From contig PIYN01000014.1 of the NCBI GenBank assembly GCA_003601775.1, positions 10,479 to 74,478 on the forward strand: a stretch of DNA of 64,000 bases, written 5' to 3'. The translations under genes and the position numbers were made by a program. Under the pieces are notes generated by a model, which saw only the letters and a program-made list of their open reading frames with translations, was not told where the DNA came from and ran no database searches. The DNA is from Candidatus Bathyarchaeota archaeon (GTDB lineage: Archaea > Thermoproteota > Bathyarchaeia > TCS64 > PIYN01). How positions within the stretch are numbered: the first letter of the stretch is position 1; every line of letters starts with the position of its first letter. Of the stretch, positions 45,030 to 54,330 are shown in pieces.

Positions 45030-45911
45030 TTGGGTGAGGAGTTCCTTAGGAGATACTACGAACTCAGTAGTGAGAAGGAGAGTTTCCTCTGCGTCGGCCT
45101 CGACCCTGTCCCTCCCTCTGTGCGGGATAGGTTCGTGATCCCGAGGCACCTCATCGAGGAGCACGGCCTCAGGGAGGGGGTGAGGCGCTTCTCTCTGGAG
45201 ATCGTCGAGGCCGTAGCGCCCTACACGCCGATGATCAAGGTGAACGCCTGGTACGTCCTCCCCCTCCTCCCCTTCGAGGAGGTGGGGGAGATCGTCGACG
45301 CCGTGAAGGAGGCAGGGTGCCTCGCCCTCCTCGATGCGAAGATCACCGATATCGGGAGCACGAATGCCGTGAGCCTGCACTGGATCGAGGAGATGGGCTT
45401 CGACGCCGTGACCCTCAGCCCCTTCCCCGGGTATCAGGGGGGGACCGATGTGGTCTATAGGTGGGCCGAGGACACGGGTAAGGGCGTCTTCGTCCTCTGC
45501 AGGATGTCCAACCCCGGGGCCCGGGACTACCAGTCGAGGAAGGTCGAAGAGGAGCCCCTTTACAGGCTCATCGCGAGGGACGCTGCCATGCACGGTGCGG
45601 ACGGCTTCGTCGTGGGGTGCACAGCCGAGGAGGAGTTGGGGGAGGTGAGGGAGATCATCGGGGAGGAGAGGCTCATCCTCGCCCCAGGACTCGGCCCCCA
45701 GGGAGGCAACCCAGAGACCGCCTTCAGGCTCGGCGCCAACAGGAGGGGGGAGGGATTGATCGTCTCGGCCTCCCGGTCCATCGACTACGCCTACACAGTC
45801 CTGGGCTGGCCCGAGGAGAGGTACGCGGAGGCCGCCGCGGAGCAGGCGAGGAGGCAGAGGGACCGTCTTAACAAGATCAGGCGGCTGGTCATGGGAGGGG
45901 AGAGAAGTTAG
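45030..45911 (+). CDS. pyrF: orotidine 5'-phosphate decarboxylase (type 2)
   Basis: LCVGLDP and DAKITDIGST motifs; 293 aa. Confidence 0.8.
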   Translation: MGEEFLRRYYELSSEKESFLCVGLDPVPPSVRDRFVIPRHLIEEHGLREGVRRFSLEIVEAVAPYTPMIKVNAWYVLPLLPFEEVGEIVDAVKEAGCLALLDAKITDIGSTNAVSLHWIEEMGFDAVTLSPFPGYQGGTDVVYRWAEDTGKGVFVLCRMSNPGARDYQSRKVEEEPLYRLIARDAAMHGADGFVVGCTAEEELGEVREIIGEERLILAPGLGPQGGNPETAFRLGANRRGEGLIVSASRSIDYAYTVLGWPEERYAEAAAEQARRQRDRLNKIRRLVMGGERS

Positions 45912-45968
45912 TCGCTTCCAACGCTCCTGACCTTACAATAACTTTAATATTCAGTTGTAGTAAGACTT

Positions 45969-46550
45969 TTGGATGTCGAGGGGTGTGCTTTGGAGGAGAG
46001 ACTCATAGAGGTGAGGTTCCACGGGCGGGGAGGGCAGGGGGCGTGGACCGCCTCCCAACTCCTCGCCCTTGGAGGGCTGAAGGAGGGGAAGCACGTCCAG
46101 AGCTTCCCCACCTTTGGGCCGGAGAGGGCGGGGGCGCCGATCCAGGCCTTCACCCGCATAAGCGACAGGCCTATAAACCTCCACTCGAGGGTCTATGAGC
46201 CGGACATCGTGGTGGTCCTAGATCCAACCCTACTGGGACCCGGGGTCGCCGAGGGGGTGAGCCGGGGGACCCTCCTTGTGGTCAACACCGGCGAGGGCCC
46301 CCAAGAGGTGAGGAAGGTGCTCGGCCTGAAGGAGAACGAGGTCTGGGTGGTCGACGCCACGGAGCTCGCCATGAGGATCCTGGGACGCCCCATCACGAAC
46401 ACGGCGGTCCTCGGGGCCCTCCTGAGGGCGAGGGAGGTCATAAGCCTCGAGTCACTGCTGGAGGCCGTGAGGGAGAGGTTCCCCGGGAGGGTTGGAGAGC
46501 TGAACGTGAAGCTCGTCCAAGAGGCCTATAGGGAGGCGAGGAATAGATGA
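45969..46550 (+). CDS. porG: 2-oxoacid:ferredoxin oxidoreductase gamma subunit (cluster 2)
   Basis: VRFHGRGGQGAW N-terminus; paralogue of 26863..27423. Confidence 0.85.
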   Translation: MDVEGCALEERLIEVRFHGRGGQGAWTASQLLALGGLKEGKHVQSFPTFGPERAGAPIQAFTRISDRPINLHSRVYEPDIVVVLDPTLLGPGVAEGVSRGTLLVVNTGEGPQEVRKVLGLKENEVWVVDATELAMRILGRPITNTAVLGALLRAREVISLESLLEAVRERFPGRVGELNVKLVQEAYREARNR

Positions 46551-46831
46551 CGGGACAGAAGAGCGCACCCGGATGGAGGGAGCTGCCGCATGGGGCCGTT
46601 CCCTATAAGTCGAGCAGGGAGTATAAAACGGGGGACTGGGGGGTCCTCAAGCCCAAGATCGACTTTGGGAGGTGCACGAAATGCACCCTCTGCCATTTCT
46701 ACTGCCCCGAGGGAGCTATAAGGATGAGGGGGGACGGGTACCCTGAGGTCGACTATGACTTCTGTAAGGGCTGCGGCATCTGCGCCGCCGAGTGCCCCGT
46801 CAAGTGCATCGAGATGGTGAGGAGGGGCTGA
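46547..46831 (+). CDS. porD: 2-oxoacid:ferredoxin oxidoreductase delta subunit (cluster 2)
   Basis: CTKCTLCHFYCP and CKGCGICAAECP ferredoxin motifs. Confidence 0.85.
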   Translation: MTGQKSAPGWRELPHGAVPYKSSREYKTGDWGVLKPKIDFGRCTKCTLCHFYCPEGAIRMRGDGYPEVDYDFCKGCGICAAECPVKCIEMVRRG

Positions 46832-46832
46832 G

Positions 46833-48053
46833 ATGACAGTGGTAGAGCAGAAATTATTGGGACTCAACGGGGACGAGGCCGTCGCCTACGCGATAAAGCA
46901 GGTCAACCCAGACGTCGTCGCGGCCTACCCCATCACGCCCCAGACGATCATCGTCGAGAGGTTCTCCGAGTACGTCGCCGATGGGGAGGTGGAGACGGAG
47001 TTCATCGCCGTCGAGTCGGAGCACAGCGCCCTCAGCACCTGCATAGGGGCCGAGGCCGCCGGAGGAAGGGCCTTCACCTGCACCGCCGCCAACGGCCTCG
47101 CCCTGATGTGGGAGATGACCTACATAGCCGCCTCCCTGAGGCTACCCATCGTCATGGCCGTGGTCAACAGGGCGCTGAGCGCCCCCATCAACATCCACAA
47201 CGACCACAGCGACTCCATGGGGGCGAGGGACAGTGGGTGGATACAGCTCTACTGCGAGAACAGCCAAGAGGCCTACGATACCGCCATCCAGGCCTGGAGG
47301 ATCGGGGAGCACCCGGAGGTCCAGCTCCCCGTGATGATCTGCCTCGACGGCTTCATCCTGAGCCACACGCTGGAGAACGTCCTGACCCTGCCAGACGAGG
47401 TCGTCAGGGAGTTCATCGGGGAGAGATCCTTCCCGAGGGTCCAGGGGCACCTGGGTGAGGCGGAGTTCAGGCTCGACCCGGAGCACCCCATCACCATGGG
47501 CCCCCTTGACCTCTACGACTTCTACTTCGAGCACAAGAGGCCACAGGTGGAGGCGATGAAGAGGGCGCTCCCAGTGATAGAGGAGGTAGGAAGGGAGTAT
47601 GGGCGGATCTCGGGGAGGACCTACAGCCTCCTCCACCCCTACAGGCTCGAGGACGCGGAGATCGCCGTCGTCGGCCTCGGCTCAACGATGGGGACGGCGA
47701 GGGTTGTGGTAGACCGGCTGAGGAGCCGAGGCGTCAAGGCCGGTCTCCTGAGGGTCAGGGCCTTCAGGCCCTTCCCCGCGCACGAGATCCTGAAGGCTCT
47801 CTCCCACGTCGAGGCTGTGGGGGTGCTGGACAGATGCGCCAGCTTCGGCGCCCTTGGGGGCCCCCTCTTCATGGAGGTGAGGAACGCCTTCTACGACTCT
47901 GCGGAGCGTCCCATCATCTCCGACTACATCTACGGACTCGGGGGGAGGGATATGTCCATGGAGATGCTCGAGGAGGTCTTCAAGAGCCTGGAGGAGGACA
48001 GGAGGGCGGGGAGGCCTCTGGAGCTCGTCAGATACATCGGGTTGAGGGAGTGA
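46833..48053 (+). CDS. porA: 2-oxoacid:ferredoxin oxidoreductase alpha subunit (cluster 2)
   Basis: 406 aa; AYPITPQTIIVERF N-terminal block. Confidence 0.85.
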   Translation: MTVVEQKLLGLNGDEAVAYAIKQVNPDVVAAYPITPQTIIVERFSEYVADGEVETEFIAVESEHSALSTCIGAEAAGGRAFTCTAANGLALMWEMTYIAASLRLPIVMAVVNRALSAPINIHNDHSDSMGARDSGWIQLYCENSQEAYDTAIQAWRIGEHPEVQLPVMICLDGFILSHTLENVLTLPDEVVREFIGERSFPRVQGHLGEAEFRLDPEHPITMGPLDLYDFYFEHKRPQVEAMKRALPVIEEVGREYGRISGRTYSLLHPYRLEDAEIAVVGLGSTMGTARVVVDRLRSRGVKAGLLRVRAFRPFPAHEILKALSHVEAVGVLDRCASFGALGGPLFMEVRNAFYDSAERPIISDYIYGLGGRDMSMEMLEEVFKSLEEDRRAGRPLELVRYIGLRE

Positions 48054-48054
48054 G

Positions 48055-49026
48055 GTGGGTGAGATGAGTCTGAGAGAGATGGCCAAGCAGCCCGACCTCC
48101 TGGCCCCTGGGCACAGGCTCTGCGCCGGGTGCGGGGAGGCCGTCACTGCGAGGCTCGTCCTCAAGGCCGTGAGGGGTCCGACGATCGTGACGGCGGCGAC
48201 AGGGTGCCTCGAGGTGGCGACGACCATCTTCCCCTACACCGCCTGGGACCTGCCCTGGATACACACCGCCTTCGAGAACGCCGCGGCGAACGCCAGCGGG
48301 ATAGAGGCCGCCTTCAGGGCCATGAAGAGGAAGGGGCGTGGGCCCCTGGCGAAGTACGAGCACATAGACGTCATCGCCTTCGCGGGTGACGGGGGGACCT
48401 ACGACATCGGCCTCCAGGCCCTCAGCGGGGCCCTTGAGCGGGGACACGACTTCGTCTACGTCCTCCTCGACAACGAGGCCTACATGAACACGGGGATCCA
48501 GAGGAGCGGGGGGACGCCTCGATGCGCGGCGACGACGACGAGCCCCGCGGGGAGGGTCATCCCAGGGAAGAGGGAGTGGAAGAAGCCCATAGATGAGATC
48601 GTCGTGGCCCATGAGATACCCTACGTCGCCACCGTGAGCGCCTCCTACCCCACTGACCTTATCCGGAAGATGCGATGCGCCCTGGAGGCCGAGGGACCCG
48701 CCTTCATCCATGCCTTCGTCCCCTGCCCCAGAGGGTGGCGATTCCCCTCTGAACAGACGATAGCCCTGGGACGCCTCGCCGTCCAAACCTGCCTCTTCCC
48801 CCTCTGGGAGTGCAGGCTGGAGGAGGGGAGGCCGAGGTACACGCTCTCGAGCCCCAGCCTCTCCATCGCAAAGAACCCGGAGAGGAAGAGGCCAATAGAG
48901 GAGTACCTCGAGAAACAGGGACGCTTCAGGCACCTCTTCAGGCCCGAGAGGAGGGACGACCTCATCAAGGAGATACAGGAGTGGGTCGACCTTAAGTGGG
49001 AGAGACTCCTGGAGAAGGCCCTCTAA
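48055..49026 (+). CDS. porB: 2-oxoacid:ferredoxin oxidoreductase beta subunit (TPP-binding, cluster 2)
   Basis: CAGCGEAV Fe-S cysteines and TPP motif GDGGTYDIG...NEAYMNTG. Confidence 0.85.
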   Translation: MGEMSLREMAKQPDLLAPGHRLCAGCGEAVTARLVLKAVRGPTIVTAATGCLEVATTIFPYTAWDLPWIHTAFENAAANASGIEAAFRAMKRKGRGPLAKYEHIDVIAFAGDGGTYDIGLQALSGALERGHDFVYVLLDNEAYMNTGIQRSGGTPRCAATTTSPAGRVIPGKREWKKPIDEIVVAHEIPYVATVSASYPTDLIRKMRCALEAEGPAFIHAFVPCPRGWRFPSEQTIALGRLAVQTCLFPLWECRLEEGRPRYTLSSPSLSIAKNPERKRPIEEYLEKQGRFRHLFRPERRDDLIKEIQEWVDLKWERLLEKAL

Positions 49027-49040
49027 CCCCCTTTTTTTAT
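49027..49040 (+). terminator. archaeal oligo-T terminator (CCCCC TTTTTTT) after the second POR operon
   Basis: C5-T7 run read directly after the porB stop. Confidence 0.5.
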
Positions 49041-49093
49041 CGCTTAACTTAAAGCCCCGGCGCCCGATTGTTTAACAGGGGAGGATCTCACTA

Positions 49094-49837
49094 ATGGATG
49101 AGCATAGATCTCTTAAGGAACTCATAGCCAGGAGGATCGCCGGGGAGATCGTCCTCTCCCCCAACCCCGGCCTCGCAATGAGGAAGTGGAGGACCCTCTT
49201 CGGGGTAACTCAGGTACAGATGGCCTCTGAGATGGGGCGCTCCCCCTCCGTGATCAGCGACTACGAGGCCGGGAGACGACGGTCTCCCGGCGCCGCCTTC
49301 ATCAGGAGGTTCGTGGAGGCCCTCATCGAGATCGATGAGAGGACGGGAGGCCACTACATCCAGAACCTCGCCAGGATGACCCTCGCCCCCAGCGACGCCT
49401 TCATCGATATCCGGGAGTTCACCATACCCGTGAAGGTGCGTGAGATCTGCGAGGCCGTAGAGGCGGATGTCCTCGTCGGTGAGGAAGAGATGGACCTCGA
49501 CATCTTCGGCTACACCATCATAGACAGCCTCAAGGCCATCCAGACCCTCTCAGGCCTCGACTTCTACAGGCTCTTCGGCTCCACCAGTGAGAGAGCCCTC
49601 ATCTTCACAGGGGTGACGAGGGGAAGATCACCGATGATCGCCATAAAGATCAGCCCCTTCAAGCCACGCCTCGTCGTGCTCCACGGCAAGATCGAGAAAG
49701 TAGACGACCTCGCCGTGATGCTCGCCAGACACGAGAACGTCCCCTTAGCCCTCTCGAAGAAGCCCTCGGTAGAGGAACTGGTGGACGCCCTTGATCGACT
49801 ATACAAGAGGGCACTATCTCAAACTGCAAAAAAATGA
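49094..49837 (+). CDS. archaeal XRE-type HTH transcriptional regulator with conserved C-terminal domain
   Basis: 247 aa; HTH_3-like segment LFGVTQVQMASEMGRSPSVISDYEAG followed by an about 170-aa domain. Confidence 0.6.
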   Translation: MDEHRSLKELIARRIAGEIVLSPNPGLAMRKWRTLFGVTQVQMASEMGRSPSVISDYEAGRRRSPGAAFIRRFVEALIEIDERTGGHYIQNLARMTLAPSDAFIDIREFTIPVKVREICEAVEADVLVGEEEMDLDIFGYTIIDSLKAIQTLSGLDFYRLFGSTSERALIFTGVTRGRSPMIAIKISPFKPRLVVLHGKIEKVDDLAVMLARHENVPLALSKKPSVEELVDALDRLYKRALSQTAKK

Positions 49838-50158
49838 ACCTCTCCTCATCTTATCCTTCCCTTTCTCATACCTGAACGGAGATCCTAAAAGGGTGACTGA
49901 GGGGATCAAGGAAGGTAATAAATCAAATCTAGAGATGGTCTGTAGAAGAACCATCAAATGAGGGATAGACCCCCTAAAGTCATGAGGCGCTCTGTCACCC
50001 TTAAACGATAGGTCAAGGATTTTATTTTAATTGAATATTTGAAATTTGAGAAGAATTCAACGATATAAGTCGAACTAAGAATTTAAATGGTTAAATTTAT
50101 ATATCAAACACCCTCCTTAAGTTAGGATTGATAGGTTAAATAAAATAGGTGGATCTGG

Positions 50159-50335
50159 ATGGGAGAGGAAGAGAAGGAGGACTATACAGTCCCTGTGTAC
50201 ATCGGCCTGAAACACTCAATCGTCGTCGAGTTGGACAATATCGCCGCCGAGTGGGGAACTACAGTGAGCAGGGCTTGTCAGAGGATCATAACAGAGTACG
50301 TGAAGAACTGGGTTAGCGAAAAGGAGAAGAAATAG
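50159..50335 (+). CDS. ribbon-helix-helix (CopG/Arc-like) small DNA-binding protein candidate (58 aa)
   Basis: Sub-threshold ORF in the AT-rich spacer: MGEEEKEDYTVPVYIGLKHSIVVELDNIAAEWGTTVSRACQRIITEYVKNWVSEKEKK, showing a beta-strand then two helices characteristic of RHH proteins. Confidence 0.4.
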   Translation: MGEEEKEDYTVPVYIGLKHSIVVELDNIAAEWGTTVSRACQRIITEYVKNWVSEKEKK

Positions 50336-50341
50336 CATCAC

Positions 50342-50551
50342 TCATCGAGGATCATCCCTTTTTGCCGTTGTTCCAAATCGAAGTTTATAATACATCACAA
50401 GGATGAAGACGCCCACAAAAGAGAGAATTAAAGTGTATAATGCGACCATTGCGGGGCCGACTTCTTCAATCAATCTTCCCAAAAAATGGGCCGCGAAGGT
50501 GATAAGTACCATCAAAAGAGTTGCGATTATCATCTGTTTACGCGTTAACAT
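50342..50551 (-). CDS. small membrane protein (2 predicted TM helices, 69 aa)
   Basis: Hydrophobic segments IIATLLMVLITFAAHFL and ALYTLILSFVGVFILVMYY; AT-rich codon usage. Confidence 0.35.
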   Translation of the reverse strand: MLTRKQMIIATLLMVLITFAAHFLGRLIEEVGPAMVALYTLILSFVGVFILVMYYKLRFGTTAKRDDPR

Positions 50552-50624
50552 AGGGTCCCTTTGTTAGTGGACTTAACGGCCATATATTAAAATATTGATG
50601 AAATATATTGTTTCTTGACGGGGA

Positions 50625-52082
50625 TTGGATAGGATGTTGAGTTTACGATATTACATTGATACGGAACTTCAAGAAGAGGCCTTTGGGGCTTTGTTTGATT
50701 TCATCATGAAGTACTATCTCTACCGAAATCCCCAGTATTATAAAGATATCAGGAGGACGCGGGTGGGGGATGTCGAGGTATTGGAGTTCACGGCTATCCC
50801 GAGGCATAAGAAGTGGTCTATGGAGGTCGAGGTGCGGGGAGTTAAGCCTCTCGAGGTGAGGATGAGGCCCAGCAACAGGCTCGTGCCTATGACCGTCATT
50901 AATAGGATAAGGACCCATCTATTGATGGGGGTCATCACCTTCGAGGAGAGCGTCGCGAGGGGCAGAACTTACTTTGCATGGGTTGGTAGGGGGAAGGCGA
51001 TCGACGAGAGGGAGCTGAGTCGAGGCAAGAAGATGATATATGCGCTCTTCACGGGGAACATGATGCTCTCTTACCTCACCTTCATCTTAGCAAGTTCCCT
51101 ATTCCTCCCGGTCTTCAAATTTTACATCCCAATAGCCTTCCTACTCTTTCAATTCGTATTAATGATTTTGTCTCACAGGATACTCATACTATCCGGAGAC
51201 TGGATAGTAGACCAGGAGAACTCCACCGTTCACATCCTAAAGTTTCACATCCCCACGAGGGTCTTGATGGAGATCCCCGCCGAGATAGGGATCAGGAGCT
51301 TGATGGAGATAAGGGAGGAGATCTACAGGAGGACCCTCAAGGTCGGGAGGAGCATAGATCGCCAGACGGCTCTTGAGGTCTTCTCAATGTATGGGATAGA
51401 CGTCGTCCCTGAGGAGACCGAGGCCAAGGCCGTGAACATCTATGAGTTGACTAAGTCTGCTGTGGAGAGGTTTCACCTCCCGATGCCGAGGTTAGCGGTG
51501 GTGAACACCGTCGTACCAAACGCCCTCTCGGCAGGTCCCAGCCCGCGGTTAGGCACGATCCTCATATCCACAGGCCTATTGGCTAGACTCGATGAGGATG
51601 AGTTACTCGGGATTCTGGGACATGAACTCAGTCACCTCAAGAACAGGGACTCCCTCGTTCTATTCATATTCTCATCGATCGCCTATCTTCTCCAGCTACG
51701 CCTATTTCCACTCCTTCTCTGGTTCTTCTGGTTCACCTTCTTCCCCTACCTCTATATCTACCTATTCATGGCCCTGATCATGGGGGGCGTCTACTTCGTA
51801 TCTAAGATCCTTGAGGCCAGGTGTGACCTCGAGTCGGCGATCTACGTAGGGAAGCCCGATGCCCTCGCAAGGGCCCTGAAGAAGCTGGGCTTTCAGAAAT
51901 TCAGATTTGAGAAGATATCCGGCATAAAGATCCAGGACTGGTTCCGATTAGAGCCTCATCCTCCAATCAGTTTCAGGATCTCCCGTCTGGAGGCCCTGGA
52001 GTCGCCGGGGAAGATCAGGTCCCCCCTCATCCAATCCATGAGGGACTGCCTCTCAGGTTTCTTCTCCTCGCTTAGAATATAA
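50625..52082 (+). CDS. membrane zinc metallopeptidase, M48 (HtpX/Ste24-like) with about 170-aa N-terminal extra domain
   Basis: HExxH in LGILGHELSHLKNRD flanked by hydrophobic helices; lower GC and A/T-ending codons compared with neighbours. Confidence 0.7.
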   Translation: MDRMLSLRYYIDTELQEEAFGALFDFIMKYYLYRNPQYYKDIRRTRVGDVEVLEFTAIPRHKKWSMEVEVRGVKPLEVRMRPSNRLVPMTVINRIRTHLLMGVITFEESVARGRTYFAWVGRGKAIDERELSRGKKMIYALFTGNMMLSYLTFILASSLFLPVFKFYIPIAFLLFQFVLMILSHRILILSGDWIVDQENSTVHILKFHIPTRVLMEIPAEIGIRSLMEIREEIYRRTLKVGRSIDRQTALEVFSMYGIDVVPEETEAKAVNIYELTKSAVERFHLPMPRLAVVNTVVPNALSAGPSPRLGTILISTGLLARLDEDELLGILGHELSHLKNRDSLVLFIFSSIAYLLQLRLFPLLLWFFWFTFFPYLYIYLFMALIMGGVYFVSKILEARCDLESAIYVGKPDALARALKKLGFQKFRFEKISGIKIQDWFRLEPHPPISFRISRLEALESPGKIRSPLIQSMRDCLSGFFSSLRI

Positions 52083-52183
52083 TCTTCTACTGTTCCCTGG
52101 GGTCCATCTCCCAGTTCCTGTAGGCTATGATCGATTCTCTTAAAAGATTAAAATAGTTAGGGACGTTATATTATCGAGTAGAT

Positions 52184-52497
52184 ATGGCTGAGAGGTATAG
52201 GGTGAAGATAACGGTCTTGAAGAGGTCGAGGCCGGAGGAGGTCTTCAGGGAGTCGCCTATCAAGGGTGGGCCGACCCGGGCCTGTGAGGGCTTTAGGAGT
52301 TCATCGTCGATGAGTCGGGGAGGATGCCGGAGGGTTTCTGCTCCTGGGCCTGGGATGATATATCCAAGGTGGTGAACGTCCTCCGCTTCGGCGGGAACTT
52401 CCCCTGGTTCGAGGAAGAAGGCATCTCCATAAACTGCTGCACCGATGGGCTTAGACCAGTCATCTTCAAGATAGAGCGCATCCAAGCGGGGGATTAA
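52184..52497 (+). pseudogene. TIGR04076-like small protein gene interrupted by a frameshift near 52295
   Basis: N-terminal part MAERYRVKITVLKRSRPEEVFRESPIKGGPTRACEGF (track ORF 52184..52375) continues in another frame as EFIVDESGRMPEGFCSWAWDDISKVVNVLRFGGNFPWFEEEGISINCCTDGLRPVIFKIERIQAGD, ending at 52497. Confidence 0.45.
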
Positions 52498-52531
52498 GGA
52501 TAGGATCCCGGGACGGACAGAGGAGTCTGAC

Positions 52532-53671
52532 TTGAGAGTCCTCGTCTTAGGCTGCGGTAATATAGGGTCCGTCATCGCAAGGGACTTCGCCGAGTCCATG
52601 GAGGAGTCTCAGATAGTCGTCGCTGATAGGGAAGAAGAGAGGGCCAAGAAGGTAGCTTCGAGCATAGAGGATGCAGCCTGGATCACTGTAGACGCGACGG
52701 ACTACGCTGGATTAGTGGAAGTTCTCAGGGGATTCGACTTAGTCATCGGGGCGCTCCCCGGCGACTACGGCTACCAGGCCCTCAAGGCCGCCATAGAGGC
52801 GGGAGTCGATATGGTGGATGTCTCCTTCACCCCCGAGGACCCCCTTGAATTGGACAGGGCGGCAAAGGAGGCGGGGGTCACCATCATCCCCGACTGCGGT
52901 GTAGCCCCCGGCCTCTCCAATATGCTGGTGGGGTACGCCTCAGCCAAGCTCGACCGGGTTCTGGAGGCCCACATCTTGGTCGGGGGTCTTCCAGAGCATC
53001 CCGTCCCTCCACTGGGGTACACTGTCACTTGGTCGGCGGAGGGACTCATCGACGAGTACATGAGGGATGTACGCATCGTCGAGGGTGGGCGCCTCACCAT
53101 CGTCCCCGCCCTGAGTGGATTGGAGGAGATCGACTTCCCCGGCGTGGGGAGGCTCGAGGCCTTCTACACCGATGGCCTCCGGACACTTCTCCACACCCTG
53201 AGGGGGGTGGAAAGTATGTGGGAGAAGACCCTCAGGTATCCGGGTCACGTGGAGAAGATAAGGCTCCTCAAGGCACTGGGCTTCTTCGACGAGGAGCCTG
53301 TGACCGTCGGGAGGGTTGAGGTCTCTCCCCGCCTCGTGACCGCCAGGCTCTTGGAGAGGAGCCTGAGGAGGCCTGAGGTCGGCGATCTCCTCGTGATGAG
53401 GGTCGAGGTGGCCGGTGAGAGGGGGGGTGAGGAGGTTCGGTTTAGGTATTACCTCCTTGATCGATACGATAGGGAGAGGGGAGTGACGGCGATGGCGAGG
53501 ACCACGGCATACACAGCATCCATCGTCGCTGGTAAGTTGGCACGGAGCATCATCAAGGAGAGAGGGATAGTCCCGCCGGAGAGGCTCGGCATGGACGAGG
53601 GCCTCTTCAAGGAGATCCTATCGGCTCTCAGGGATAGAGGGGTAAGGGTCGAGGAGTTCCATGTAGAATAG
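52532..53671 (+). CDS. saccharopine dehydrogenase family NAD(P)-dependent oxidoreductase (paralogue 1)
   Basis: N-terminal Rossmann motif VLVLGCGNIGSV and the Sacchrp_dh C-terminal domain; 379 aa; TTG start. Confidence 0.75.
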   Translation: MRVLVLGCGNIGSVIARDFAESMEESQIVVADREEERAKKVASSIEDAAWITVDATDYAGLVEVLRGFDLVIGALPGDYGYQALKAAIEAGVDMVDVSFTPEDPLELDRAAKEAGVTIIPDCGVAPGLSNMLVGYASAKLDRVLEAHILVGGLPEHPVPPLGYTVTWSAEGLIDEYMRDVRIVEGGRLTIVPALSGLEEIDFPGVGRLEAFYTDGLRTLLHTLRGVESMWEKTLRYPGHVEKIRLLKALGFFDEEPVTVGRVEVSPRLVTARLLERSLRRPEVGDLLVMRVEVAGERGGEEVRFRYYLLDRYDRERGVTAMARTTAYTASIVAGKLARSIIKERGIVPPERLGMDEGLFKEILSALRDRGVRVEEFHVE

Positions 53672-53877
53672 GCTGACGGACGGCACCTCCGCGTTTCCAT
53701 GAGTAGAGGGTAAGTAAACGTAACTTTTTTCTAAATACTCGCCCCATTCAACTTAGATAGCGAGGGTGGGGGTTATAGAGGAGAGAGAAGTCTTCTTATG
53801 TCCCTTCTGCGGTGCCCCCTTCAGGGAAGTTATCCCCGCTGGCGTGACTCAGGTGAAATCACCCCGACGTCCTCGCC

Positions 53878-54264
53878 GTGGGGTTATGCACGAGCTGTGG
53901 GAGGAGCTACTGCGCCCGTTGCCTCCATATCATGAGGGTTACTGAGAAGACTTCTGGGCAGCTTCTATACTCCTACATCTGTCCGAGTTGCCTTGAGGAG
54001 ATCAACGCCAAGCGTGTCAGAAACTACCGTGTATGGGGCCTCCTATATCTGGCCTTCGGCTTCTTCCTCCTCCTATTTCTCGGGTTTAAGAGCGAGGAGG
54101 CCGCAGGCCTATTGGTGTGTAGTTTCATCTGTTGGGTGTTTGGGGTTGGATTCCTGGGTTATAGTGAGTACAGGAAGAGGTATCCCTGGGAGGCGCCTGA
54201 GACCGTCTACGAAAGGAACCTGAGGAAACAGGCGTTACAGAAGATGGACGTTGAGGAGGTTTAA
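53878..54264 (+). CDS. zinc-ribbon membrane protein (CTSCG..CARC / CPSC followed by two TM helices)
   Basis: 128 aa. An upstream overlapping frame (from about 53766) encodes another CPFCG zinc-knuckle, so the gene may be longer and frameshifted. Confidence 0.4.
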   Translation: MGLCTSCGRSYCARCLHIMRVTEKTSGQLLYSYICPSCLEEINAKRVRNYRVWGLLYLAFGFFLLLFLGFKSEEAAGLLVCSFICWVFGVGFLGYSEYRKRYPWEAPETVYERNLRKQALQKMDVEEV

Positions 54265-54330
54265 AGGGAGATATTAAAGTCTCCCGAGTTCTGGTCCAGG
54301 GAACGCCTGGAGAGGAAGATAAAGGGATAC

